A stretch of 64,000 nucleotides of DNA from a bacterium. Lineage in GTDB: Bacteria > Margulisbacteria > Marinamargulisbacteria > JAHFDA01. The notes under the pieces were generated by a model. It did no database searches. It saw only the letters and a list, made by a program, of their open reading frames with translations, and had not been told where the DNA came from. The stretch lies in assembly GCA_023249225.1 (NCBI GenBank), contig JAHFDA010000007.1, positions 1,169-65,168 of the forward strand, read 5' to 3'. Numbering within the stretch: the first letter of the stretch is position 1; each line of letters starts with the position of its first letter. A program made the position numbers and the translations under genes. This document shows, piece by piece, positions 19,162-27,842 of this stretch.

Positions 19162-20329
19162 GGTAGTTCACCAGCGCCTGGGCAAGGTTTGAAATTTTAA
19201 ATTTTTCATGGGTGCGCATGCGGGCCGCTGCGCCCCAATGGCGCACTTCATCCGGATGATTCCACAGCCAGCGTAGTTTACGGGCGATATCGTCAGCATC
19301 CAAGGCCTTGGCGTGCAGGCCCGTGACGCCGTCCATGACGACTTCGGATGGACCACAGCAATCCGACACCAGACAGGCCCGGCCATAGCGGCCCAGCTCC
19401 ATCGGCACCAAACCCATGGGTTCGTCCAGGGGCAGGTAGATGCCAAAGGCTGCGTTCGATAAGAGCTGTTCAAGCGCAGGTTCGTCCACAAAACCGGTGC
19501 GTTGCAATTCGGTTTGCAAGCGCTGCGTCTGAATGTAAGTGTCAACCTCGGATGCAAGTGGTCCCTGTCCAATCAGTTTAAGCTGAAAACCGCTGGGCCA
19601 ATGACCTTGATCACGCAACTGACGGCAAACGTCCAAAAGCAGGGATACATTTTTGTACGCTTCCAAACGACCCACCCAGACCGCATAATTCTGCGGATTT
19701 CCTGGGGGCGGGTTGTTTGCGGTTATTTCGGGCAGGCCAAAATACACTGTCTCGGCCTGCCGCCCATAAATTTGGCGCACACAAGCAGCGGTATACATAC
19801 TATTGGCAATGATATGGTCGACAACGGTCACGGCCTTTAGATCGGCATCCCGCAACTTTTGAAACTGTGCCGAATGGTATTCACGGTCGCTTTGTTCACG
19901 AAACCTGGGATCCAGACGCTGCTGGCGCACTAACACGGGCGCATATAAAGACCGCGGCGGCTCATGACAGGTCCAGACAATTTTTGGAAAATGCTTGTGA
20001 TCGTGCCTGGCCCGCGTAACCCAGATGGCTGACGGATAATGATGCACGTTAATCAGATCGAAATCGATAAAATAGTTTCGCAAGAGCCAGGCCGCAACAT
20101 CAAAGCGATAGACCCAATTAAAGACGTAGCGCGTCAGGGGTAGTTGTTGCAGGGTTATTTTTTGGGCTGCAAACAGTTTACGCAAGGCTTGATTGTTAAA
20201 CGAGCAGGCAAACACCGTGGGCTGATGTCCTTGGGCCTTGAGTGCGCTTGCCAGCCAAAGGATGATCTTTTCGGCGCCACCGTAAGTGTCTAAGCTGGGA
20301 TGAACAATTGCAATTTTCAGGCCAGACAT
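19151..20329 (-). CDS. GT4 (GT-B fold) glycosyltransferase
   Basis: N-terminal KIAIVHPSLDTYGGAEK and C-terminal EPMGLVPMELGRYGRACLVSDCCGPSEVV (E-x7-E-like motif). Overlaps neighbouring genes by 11-13 nt (operon). Confidence 0.75.
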   Translation of the reverse strand: MSGLKIAIVHPSLDTYGGAEKIILWLASALKAQGHQPTVFACSFNNQALRKLFAAQKITLQQLPLTRYVFNWVYRFDVAAWLLRNYFIDFDLINVHHYPSAIWVTRARHDHKHFPKIVWTCHEPPRSLYAPVLVRQQRLDPRFREQSDREYHSAQFQKLRDADLKAVTVVDHIIANSMYTAACVRQIYGRQAETVYFGLPEITANNPPPGNPQNYAVWVGRLEAYKNVSLLLDVCRQLRDQGHWPSGFQLKLIGQGPLASEVDTYIQTQRLQTELQRTGFVDEPALEQLLSNAAFGIYLPLDEPMGLVPMELGRYGRACLVSDCCGPSEVVMDGVTGLHAKALDADDIARKLRWLWNHPDEVRHWGAAARMRTHEKFKISNLAQALVNYHAS

Positions 20330-21456
20330 GCTTGATACGATTTTACCGTTGCAGCCACAGTTTTCGACCAGGTCAGTTCTGACGCGCGTTGCCGACCCTG
20401 GGTGACAAGCGATTGTCGCAGCACTGGCATGGCCTGCAAGCGATCAACCGCTTCGGCCAATTGTCCCGGTTGATCGGGTTCAATCAGCAAGGCCGCATCC
20501 CCAACCACTTCTGGCAGGGCACCGCGGTTTGAACACACCACCGGCACCCCATGCCGCATGGCCTCAAGCGGCGGAAAACCAAAGCCTTCGTACCAGGACG
20601 GAAACAGAAACATCGTTGCACCGGCAAACAGCTGCGCCAGTTCATCTGCCGGAACAAAACCTTTAACCCGAACCCGATTTTGAATTCCAGCCTGCTTGGC
20701 CCAGGTCTTGATTTGTTTGCTTTGAGTGCGGTCAAAGGGGCCAGCCAGCACCAGTGTCAGCGTTTGATCCTGCACCTGCGCAAAGCCTTGAATCAGACCG
20801 GGAATGTTTTTGTGCGTATCCAGGGCGCCCACAAACAAGGCATAGGGCGGCTCTGCGGAATCTTTCGGATGCGGTCTGCCCGTTTCAACTTGCTGAAAAT
20901 GATCACAGCCCAGTGGTGTGACGTAAATCTTCTCTGGCCTGAAATTCAGATGCTCCACCAAATCCTTTTGCGTGGCTTGTGACGGGGTTAGGATCGCCAG
21001 TGCCCGTTGCCCGAGCGCCTGTATCTTTTGCGCATACGCATCTGCTTCGGACTGCTGGCCATGAAAATACTTTTGAAAATCCACGTCTTTGAGCACGAGC
21101 GGAATGATATCGTGCACGGTGGCAATCACAGCCACCGATGCGGGCAATTCAAATACGTTGTACTGGGCCGTAAAGTGAAACAGGTCGATGTCGGCATCCA
21201 CAACGGGCTGACCATAGGCTTGGGAAGAACGCCTGACCCAAAACTGCCAGCCCGGTGCGCCTAACCACAGTGTGCGCAGACGCAGAGCCTCTAACTCCGC
21301 CGGATACGGTAGCGCGCGGTCGACCACGATAAACCACTGCACATGTTCAAAGGTCGGCAAATTTTTAAGCAGTTGATACACATACTGTCCCACTCCCCGC
21401 AGCCGCGAGCCTTCTTGCAAGGGACGGGCATCAATGGCAATTCGGACGGGTGTCAT
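20317..21456 (-). CDS. GT4 (GT-B fold) glycosyltransferase
   Basis: VRIAIDARPL N-terminus and EGFGFPPLEAMRHGVPVVCSNRGALPEVV motif. The longer track ORF (to 21555) only adds translation of a palindromic repeat, so the start is set at ATG 21456. Confidence 0.75.
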   Translation of the reverse strand: MTPVRIAIDARPLQEGSRLRGVGQYVYQLLKNLPTFEHVQWFIVVDRALPYPAELEALRLRTLWLGAPGWQFWVRRSSQAYGQPVVDADIDLFHFTAQYNVFELPASVAVIATVHDIIPLVLKDVDFQKYFHGQQSEADAYAQKIQALGQRALAILTPSQATQKDLVEHLNFRPEKIYVTPLGCDHFQQVETGRPHPKDSAEPPYALFVGALDTHKNIPGLIQGFAQVQDQTLTLVLAGPFDRTQSKQIKTWAKQAGIQNRVRVKGFVPADELAQLFAGATMFLFPSWYEGFGFPPLEAMRHGVPVVCSNRGALPEVVGDAALLIEPDQPGQLAEAVDRLQAMPVLRQSLVTQGRQRASELTWSKTVAATVKSYQACLA

Positions 21457-21481
21457 GTCGGCCAATACTATAATGGGGCTG

Positions 21482-21552
21482 CCGAAAAAGTCTGTTTTCT
21501 GCGACGCGTCATCCCGGCGAAAGCCGGGATGACGTAAAAGAGACTTTTTCAG
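21482..21552. repeat. MITE-like palindromic repeat, copy A (short form)
   Basis: Perfect palindrome CGTCATCCCGGCGAAAGCCGGGATGACG flanked by inverted arms CCGAAAAAGTCTGTTTTCTGCG / TAAAAGAGACTTTTTCAGC. The same family occurs at ~31.7 kb and ~60.1 kb. Confidence 0.6.
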
Positions 21553-21679
21553 CACTCCTCCTGGCTACCCTAAGGGATCAGAAAAACCACCATACACTGC
21601 ATCGAAGTTGGCCTAATTTGTATGATTGCTTATATTCATTATACAAAAACAGTATTTTTTGTATAATAATTAAATTATA

Positions 21680-22972
21680 GTGAACAAGAATCAAATTATA
21701 TCTGTCCTTGAAGATTGGAATTTCTGGGATGGTCAGCGGACAGTGGGTATTGAGCGCAGCAATGGCCTTAAGCGTATGGAGCGGCTTTTGGCGACCGAAC
21801 AGGTTCTGGTAGTCACTGGGCCCCGGCGCAGCGGCAAGTCCACCTTGATGCGCCAGTATGCCAGGCAGCTCATTGAGAAGGCCGGTGTTGCGTCTGCAAA
21901 CATTCTGTTCATCAATTTTGAAGATCCGCGTCTGGATGTAACCGATGCCCGCGCATTGGAGATGGTATTTCAAATCTACTGCGAATACCGGCATCCGACA
22001 GGGGTTCCATATGTCTTTTTGGATGAGGTGCAGGAAGTGGCGGGTTGGGAAAAATGGGTGTGCAGCATGCATGAACTTGGCAAGGCGCGCATCATCGTAT
22101 CGGGCTCCAACGCCCACCTGTTGAGCCGCGAGTTGGGCACGGCGCTGACCGGACGATACGTTCCCATGACGGTTTTTCCGCTTTCATTCCGGGAGTTTTT
22201 AAAGTTTCGGGAAGCAACTCCGTTGGGCGAATTTGATATGCAGGCCCGGCTGCGCGAATATTTTGAAACCGGAGGTTTTCCGGCCGCAGTGCAGTCGCCC
22301 CAGTACCGGGAAATCCTGCTGGGCTACTACGATGATATTCTGACGCACGATCTGGTGCGCCGATACCGTATTCGCAAGGCACCGCAGTTCAAGCAACTGG
22401 CCCAGTTTTACCTGACGCAAACGGCTTCGGCCGTCACGTTTCAGTCCGCTGCCAGGCATATGGGCGTCAATACCAATACGGCCATCGCATTTTCAGAATA
22501 TCTCGAAAGCGCCTATGTGACATTTTTGATCAAGCGTTTTTCATTCAAGTTTAAGGAGCAGGACAAAAGCCCGCGCAAGGTATATGCCGTCGATCAGGGA
22601 CTGGCAAATACCGTGGGTTTCCGGTTCATGGAAAATATGGGTCGTCTGGCCGAGAGTGTGGTGTTTATGGAACTCAAGCGCCGCCAGTCCGAAAACCCGC
22701 TTCTGGAACTTTATTACTGGAAAAATGTCCAGCACCACGAGGTGGATTTTGCCGTCAAAAACGGCTTGCAAATCGAGCGCCTCATTCAGGTATGCTGGCA
22801 GCCCGAAACCGCGCGGACGCGTATGCGCGAGGTGCGCGCGCTACGGGCCGCCATGGACGAATTCGGATTGGGAGAGGCTTGGGTACTTACCCGGGATGTG
22901 GAGGTAGACGAAAACGTTTCCGGCAAGATGATTCATTTTGCGCCGTTGTGGAAGTGGTTGATGGAAGTCTAA
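21680..22972 (+). CDS. AAA-superfamily ATPase of the AAA_14 + DUF4143 type
   Basis: Walker A VVTGPRRSGKST, Walker B-like VFLDEVQ, and a C-terminal region typical of DUF4143. It is preceded by an AT-rich segment with the inverted repeat TACAAAAA-N7-TTTTTGTA and a TATAAT box. Confidence 0.7.
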   Translation: MNKNQIISVLEDWNFWDGQRTVGIERSNGLKRMERLLATEQVLVVTGPRRSGKSTLMRQYARQLIEKAGVASANILFINFEDPRLDVTDARALEMVFQIYCEYRHPTGVPYVFLDEVQEVAGWEKWVCSMHELGKARIIVSGSNAHLLSRELGTALTGRYVPMTVFPLSFREFLKFREATPLGEFDMQARLREYFETGGFPAAVQSPQYREILLGYYDDILTHDLVRRYRIRKAPQFKQLAQFYLTQTASAVTFQSAARHMGVNTNTAIAFSEYLESAYVTFLIKRFSFKFKEQDKSPRKVYAVDQGLANTVGFRFMENMGRLAESVVFMELKRRQSENPLLELYYWKNVQHHEVDFAVKNGLQIERLIQVCWQPETARTRMREVRALRAAMDEFGLGEAWVLTRDVEVDENVSGKMIHFAPLWKWLMEV

Positions 22973-23011
22973 GATGGGGGACTTGACCAAAATGCCTTTA
23001 TACTGAGTTTT

Positions 23012-23440
23012 GTGCGAATTCAATTTCTAATTGTTTTGAGTGACTGTCCTCAATACGGGGATGATGCCAAAGGCATGTTTTTGGTGCGATTTTTGTGGAC
23101 TTCCTGTCAGATGCAGCCTCAACATTTAGATGGTATTGCATGGGATCACGTGTACCTTTTTGACTATGATGATTCTTTATCTGCCTTTCCGTTGTGGTTT
23201 CCTACAGATGTGGTCTGGTTGCGCACGTTGACGCGGATATATTTTAAAACCTGTGTCATGCAGGAAACGCAAACCGATATGAATTATAAGGTTTTGCCGT
23301 TTTTTTTGATACGGCATTGAGAGACTTTTTGGGAGACTGGCGGTATAAACTTTTGCATCGTCTAACAATGTCAAGGGTGTTCAAACATTTATTTCGCTGC
23401 CGGTTGAACAAATGGTTTTAATCAATGACCATGAATCGGT
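23012..23440 (+). pseudogene. truncated, frameshifted fragment of a paralog of the 23601-24674 gene (inverted orientation)
   Basis: Frame 1 (23012-23320) matches the first ~100 aa of the neighbouring gene: ...WDHVYLFDYDDS / HVVLFDYFDE and LRTLTRIYFKT / LKSLSSLYLKT. After a frame change, ...KLLHRLTMSRVFKHLFRCRLNKWF matches ILHHRSLSRHSPRFLKHLWFQKR and is then stopped. Confidence 0.45.
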
Positions 23441-23600
23441 ATTGTCGGCCATCGACCATGTGCTAAGCCATTGGAATGAATATGCGGATATGCGCGCCGC
23501 CAATTATCATCATATCGAGCAATATCTTGAACGGGGCGCCTTTTCCATTCGTCGTCCCAAGGCCTAGGAAAGATTTATGGCCCAGATATCTTAGGTGGTC

Positions 23601-24674
23601 CTAAGCCAATTGAGCCATGAATAATTGGTGGGGCAAGGGTTTGCCTGGATAATAATTTCCCGACTCAAGATAACGGGACAGGAAATTTACGCCATGGTCT
23701 AGCCGATCCCAGTATGTTTTGGGATGGGTCAACAGGCGGTCGATTATCGGTAGCACCGGCTGATGATCCGGAATGAGGAACAGGGCTTCCTTTGGTATGG
23801 GCACCAAAGTTTCTATGGCGCTGATGTCATTGGAAATCACAAACGAGTAACTCCAAACGCCTTCAAAATGACGATAGGTCCATCGGCTGTGGCCAGCCGG
23901 AGCTAAAACAATTTTTGACTGAAGCATGGTGTTGAAGTAAGTTTCAAAATCTAATTTTTGGCCCTTAAAGAACAAGTGATCAATTGGGCCGTGCTGGCTT
24001 TGGCATTGATCCAAAGGAAAGTAGGGGAGTTGGAGCAAGCCACCGAAAAAAGAATGCCGTGCTGCGGGCATCAATTCTAAAAGCCAATCGACGCGTTGGA
24101 AATAATTTGTTGAGGTGCCTGTGGAAAATTTATCGAGCCAGGTGGGGGTGCCAATAAAATGGATGTCGATTTTGCGTTTCTGAAACCAGAGATGTTTTAA
24201 AAACCGCGGAGAGTGTCGTGATAGTGACCGATGATGAAGAATGGTGCGAACATGGGCGTTAAAAAAAATGGGTAGTAGACCGATTTTGACATCGTCAATT
24301 ATTGGCAGATGATTTAGGCGACTGGTTTTAAGGTACAAGGAGCTAAGGGATTTTAAAAATAATTGATCAGAATAGTCCCAGCGGAGCCTCGGTTCGTCAA
24401 AATAGTCGAACAGGACGACGTGTTTGAATGTTATTTGGTGTAGATCCCTGGTATTAAAATGAGTGGGCATTCCAATAAAAAGATAATCCGTTGTAATATT
24501 GTCCAGCGCCTGCAGTTCGCTTAAGCTTAAACATCGTAGTTTTTCCGGTGGGGTGAAGCAACCCAAAAATGAGTAAAGTATTTTACCCTGGATATCAATA
24601 TTAAAGCGGGCATCGTCGCTTAAAATAATGAGATGGTTCAGGATCATGAACGGGCTTTCATCAATTGATGGCAA
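23601..24674 (-). CDS. hypothetical protein of unrecognised family (candidate glycan-modifying enzyme)
   Basis: 357-aa ORF. Its start overlaps the stop of the upstream GT4 gene, so it is in an operon with it. I recognise no known motif. Confidence 0.5.
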   Translation of the reverse strand: MPSIDESPFMILNHLIILSDDARFNIDIQGKILYSFLGCFTPPEKLRCLSLSELQALDNITTDYLFIGMPTHFNTRDLHQITFKHVVLFDYFDEPRLRWDYSDQLFLKSLSSLYLKTSRLNHLPIIDDVKIGLLPIFFNAHVRTILHHRSLSRHSPRFLKHLWFQKRKIDIHFIGTPTWLDKFSTGTSTNYFQRVDWLLELMPAARHSFFGGLLQLPYFPLDQCQSQHGPIDHLFFKGQKLDFETYFNTMLQSKIVLAPAGHSRWTYRHFEGVWSYSFVISNDISAIETLVPIPKEALFLIPDHQPVLPIIDRLLTHPKTYWDRLDHGVNFLSRYLESGNYYPGKPLPHQLFMAQLA

Positions 24675-25852
24675 TGCTCAAGATACCAGTCAAAAAATCT
24701 GGTAAAGGAATACTGATCGTTAACCCACCGCTGCGCGGCTTTTCCCATATGGCGCATGGCTTCTGGCTGGGTGAGACAATCGTTTAATGTCTTGGCGATG
24801 GCATGGATATCCAGCGGATCGACACACAACCCTGTAATCTGGTGTTGCACCGTTTCAGCTGGCCCGCCATGATTGGTGGCGATCGTTGGAACCCCCAGCA
24901 AAGCAGCCTCCAGCGGCACAAGTCCCAGGGGTTCATCCAACGAGAGATAGATTAAGGTGATCGCATTTTTTAAGAGTTGTTGTTTTGCGGTATTGGGGGC
25001 AAATGGAATCATTTGCACGTCATTTTGCAAGTGCAATTCCCGTATTAGATTTTTGCATGGAATTTCTTCGCGTCCCTTGCCAAGGATTACCAGCTGAGCG
25101 GGGTTGGGGGTATACCGTTTGAAAATTGAAAAGGCTCGGATGACATTGGGTACGTTTTTTTCATTTTCTAGACGTGAAATTACTATAAAATACGGTGCCG
25201 CAGGCTTAAAAAAATTATCCGCATCAATTCCCGAGTTTTGTTCGGTAATAATATTGGGATCGGTGGCGTACCAATGATAATCAGTGGTTTGTCCGTATAT
25301 CTCCCGAGTTTTGTGGAAGGAGTACAGCGAGTTACACAAAATGGCACCGGAGAGTTTGGTGGCCTTTAATTCTGTGCGTTGAATCCAATTCATGGTGTCC
25401 GGGTGATCCGTATAAAAGTTGGCATTGGTTAGGGACGAGTTGGCGTAATGTTCATTAAGAACACGTTTGAACACATTACGCGGAGCTTCGTGGCAAGTCC
25501 AAAGAATGGGCGGGTGCGATATACATAGTCTTTGGGCATAAAGCAACCAAATGTTGCTTGGGAAATTGTGGGTGTTTACAAGGTCAGCCCAACGCAATGA
25601 GGGTGCTAATCGCAAGGCAATGTAATACCAATACCATTCATTAATGCGGCCACCTGGCTGGGGCAGGTTGATATACTCAATATTATATTGTTTAAACTCC
25701 TTGATAAAAAAGGGGGCGATCTGGCAACTGGCAACGCGTACCTGATAAGCTTTCTGCGTTAAATTTTTAGCTAGGCTTAACACCACAAGTTCCGCACCTC
25801 CTACAAATTCCAGAGTGCTTTGTAAAATTAAAATTTTTTTTGCCGAATTCAT
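24644..25852 (-). CDS. GT4 (GT-B fold) glycosyltransferase
   Basis: KILILQSTLEFVGGAEL N-terminus and EPLGLVPLEAALLGVPTIATNHGGPAETV motif. Confidence 0.75.
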   Translation of the reverse strand: MNSAKKILILQSTLEFVGGAELVVLSLAKNLTQKAYQVRVASCQIAPFFIKEFKQYNIEYINLPQPGGRINEWYWYYIALRLAPSLRWADLVNTHNFPSNIWLLYAQRLCISHPPILWTCHEAPRNVFKRVLNEHYANSSLTNANFYTDHPDTMNWIQRTELKATKLSGAILCNSLYSFHKTREIYGQTTDYHWYATDPNIITEQNSGIDADNFFKPAAPYFIVISRLENEKNVPNVIRAFSIFKRYTPNPAQLVILGKGREEIPCKNLIRELHLQNDVQMIPFAPNTAKQQLLKNAITLIYLSLDEPLGLVPLEAALLGVPTIATNHGGPAETVQHQITGLCVDPLDIHAIAKTLNDCLTQPEAMRHMGKAAQRWVNDQYSFTRFFDWYLEHCHQLMKARS

Positions 25853-26207
25853 CTTTAGAATTATACTGGTTTGCTATACAGGGGTTCTAAGGCGTAATGA
25901 GAGGTGTTCTATTGCAGGGATATCGATTCCTATCAATCAACATGATGTTATTTTGGTGCACAATTTACCTTCTTCTTATTGGGCATACGAAGCGTTCAGA
26001 CAATAAGTGATGGCTTTTTTTTACCCGGTGGTAGTTTAATGCAAAGGAAAACGCATTAACTGCATACATGGTCATGAAGTGATTTATCACGGTACAACAT
26101 TCAGTTGGGCTGTTCGGAATGCGTTGTATAATGGTGTGCGATGGGCCAGCTACAATCTAATCCCTGCTATGTTCTCCACTCCAAAGGCAAAACGTCACGT
26201 TAACAGT

Positions 26208-26744
26208 ATGTCCCACAGTCGATCAAAGATATCCTTGTTGGTCGTCGTTCCTGAAGAATCCATTCAATCCAAAATTTACCTGATACGAGGCGAGAAGGTT
26301 ATGCTTGATCGGGATCTGGCAATTTTATATGGCGTTGAAACCCGGGTGTTGAAACAGGCAGTCAACCGGAACTTGGATCGTTTTCCGGTTGATTTTATGT
26401 TTCAGTTGAATCAACGGGAATTCCAAAATTGGAGATCACAATCTGTGATCTCCAAAAGCGACCGGATGGGGCTCCGGTGGCGACCTTTTGTTTTTACCGA
26501 ACAGGGGGTGGCCATGCTTTCAAGCGTCCTGAACAGCAAGCGGGCGGTGCAAGTGAACATACAAATTATGCGCACGTTCACAAAACTTAGAAAATGGATT
26601 GCAGGACATGACGGTCTTCGGAAAAAAATTGAGGCGATGGAACGAAAATATGACCATCAATTCAGTGCGGTGTTTGAAACCATTAAACAGTTGCTGGATG
26701 ACAAACAAAAACCGGTCAGGCGAATTGGATTTTTAAGGGGTTGA
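26208..26744 (+). CDS. ORF6N (KilA-N-like) domain DNA-binding protein, paralog 1
   Basis: IYLIRGEKVMLDRDLAILYGVETRVLKQAVNRNLDRFPVDFMFQL...FTEQGVAMLSSVLNSKRAVQVNIQIMRTF is the ORF6N domain pattern. Start placed at internal ATG 26208 (track ORF begins 26079). Confidence 0.6.
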   Translation: MSHSRSKISLLVVVPEESIQSKIYLIRGEKVMLDRDLAILYGVETRVLKQAVNRNLDRFPVDFMFQLNQREFQNWRSQSVISKSDRMGLRWRPFVFTEQGVAMLSSVLNSKRAVQVNIQIMRTFTKLRKWIAGHDGLRKKIEAMERKYDHQFSAVFETIKQLLDDKQKPVRRIGFLRG

Positions 26745-26801
26745 GGGCTTCAGGTCGGAAGGGTTGGGGAAATATTGCTGACAGCGATTTGCCAGCGTTT
26801 T

Positions 26802-27734
26802 ATGATGATGCCACATAAATTACAAATAAAAGCCTTGTGGGAAGATCTTCCGGATGTCGTGCGCCGCTGGGCTTTGCGCAGCGACCGAAAACCCTACCTG
26901 ATCAAGGCCCCGCCCTGGGGTAACGGATCGGCGGGAACGCGCGTGTTGCATTTGTTGTGTCATCGCCTGAATCAGGCAGGGGAGCACGCTTACATTATCA
27001 TCGATCATCCCAGGCATTTGAACAAAAATCTATTTACGCCGTTTGTAAGAGAGCCTTGGGCAAGAATGATGGCACTCTGCGGAGCCATTGTGGTTTACCC
27101 AGAGAGAGAACACGGCAATGCGTTTCATGCCAAAACGGTGGTGCGCTATGTGCTGAATCGGCCAGGCTTGCTGGGGGGAGATTCCATATACGATGAGCGC
27201 GAACTGGTTTTTGTTTACAGTGCAGTGTTGTCAAAATTTGTTCAAAATTCATTAAAAGGATTGCTATTTCTTCCAAGTATCGAGCCAGAGATTTTCCATG
27301 CGCGGCAGCAGGAGGAACGGGATTTGATTACGTTTTATGTGGGTAAGGGCCAGTACCGAGAGGGCGTGGTTGATCGGGGTTCATCCGGGGTTGTGGAAAT
27401 CACCAAAGTGCCTCAATGCCCAGAGACCCGGGAGGAACTGGCAGAACTTTTCCGGCGCAGTCGGGTGTTTTACTGTTTTGACATGCTGTCGATTACTGCA
27501 TCGGAGGCCAGGTTGTGTGGTTGTCCAGTGGTCTTGTTTCCCGACCAGCATTACTCAAAAGAGCAGATCGCCGAACAAGAGTTGGGATTTGAAGGTATTA
27601 CGTTTGAGAACAGCGATTCGGCCATTGAAGAGGCCCGGCGTTATGTGCATGTTGTGCAAGAACGTTATGCTGCCGTGACGGCACGCTTTAAGGAACAACT
27701 GGCTGATTTTATAGAAATGACACAAGGGGCTTAA
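26802..27734 (+). CDS. hypothetical protein of unrecognised family
   Basis: ORF 26775-27734 sits 30 nt downstream of ORF6N paralog 1. No motif recognised. The ATG-ATG-ATG at 26802 is taken as the start. Confidence 0.4.
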   Translation: MMMPHKLQIKALWEDLPDVVRRWALRSDRKPYLIKAPPWGNGSAGTRVLHLLCHRLNQAGEHAYIIIDHPRHLNKNLFTPFVREPWARMMALCGAIVVYPEREHGNAFHAKTVVRYVLNRPGLLGGDSIYDERELVFVYSAVLSKFVQNSLKGLLFLPSIEPEIFHARQQEERDLITFYVGKGQYREGVVDRGSSGVVEITKVPQCPETREELAELFRRSRVFYCFDMLSITASEARLCGCPVVLFPDQHYSKEQIAEQELGFEGITFENSDSAIEEARRYVHVVQERYAAVTARFKEQLADFIEMTQGA

Positions 27735-27781
27735 AGATTTTTAACCCGGATTATTCACGCATATGAAGCGGACTATTACAC

Positions 27782-27824
27782 ACGGGAACCCGCTACGAGT
27801 AAAGTATGAATAGTGCGGGTTAAA
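27782..27824 (+). repeat. GT-C-flanking ~43-bp repeat, copy R1
   Basis: ACGGGAACCCGCTACGAGTAAAGTATGAATAGTGCGGGTTAAA. Nearly identical to the copy at 40737-40780, with a divergent copy at 39027-39066. It contains the inverted repeat AACCCGC...GCGGGTT and the mini-ORF ATGAATAGTGCGGGTTAA. Confidence 0.5.
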
Positions 27825-27842
27825 TTTTTTGACATGAAGCAT

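Noticed and set aside
20317-21555. Long N-terminal extension of the GT4 ORF (MLKKSLLRHPGFRRDDASQKTDFF...)
   Set aside because: The extension is merely translation of the palindromic MITE-like repeat. The GT4 domain begins at the ATG at 21456 (MTPVRIAIDARPL).
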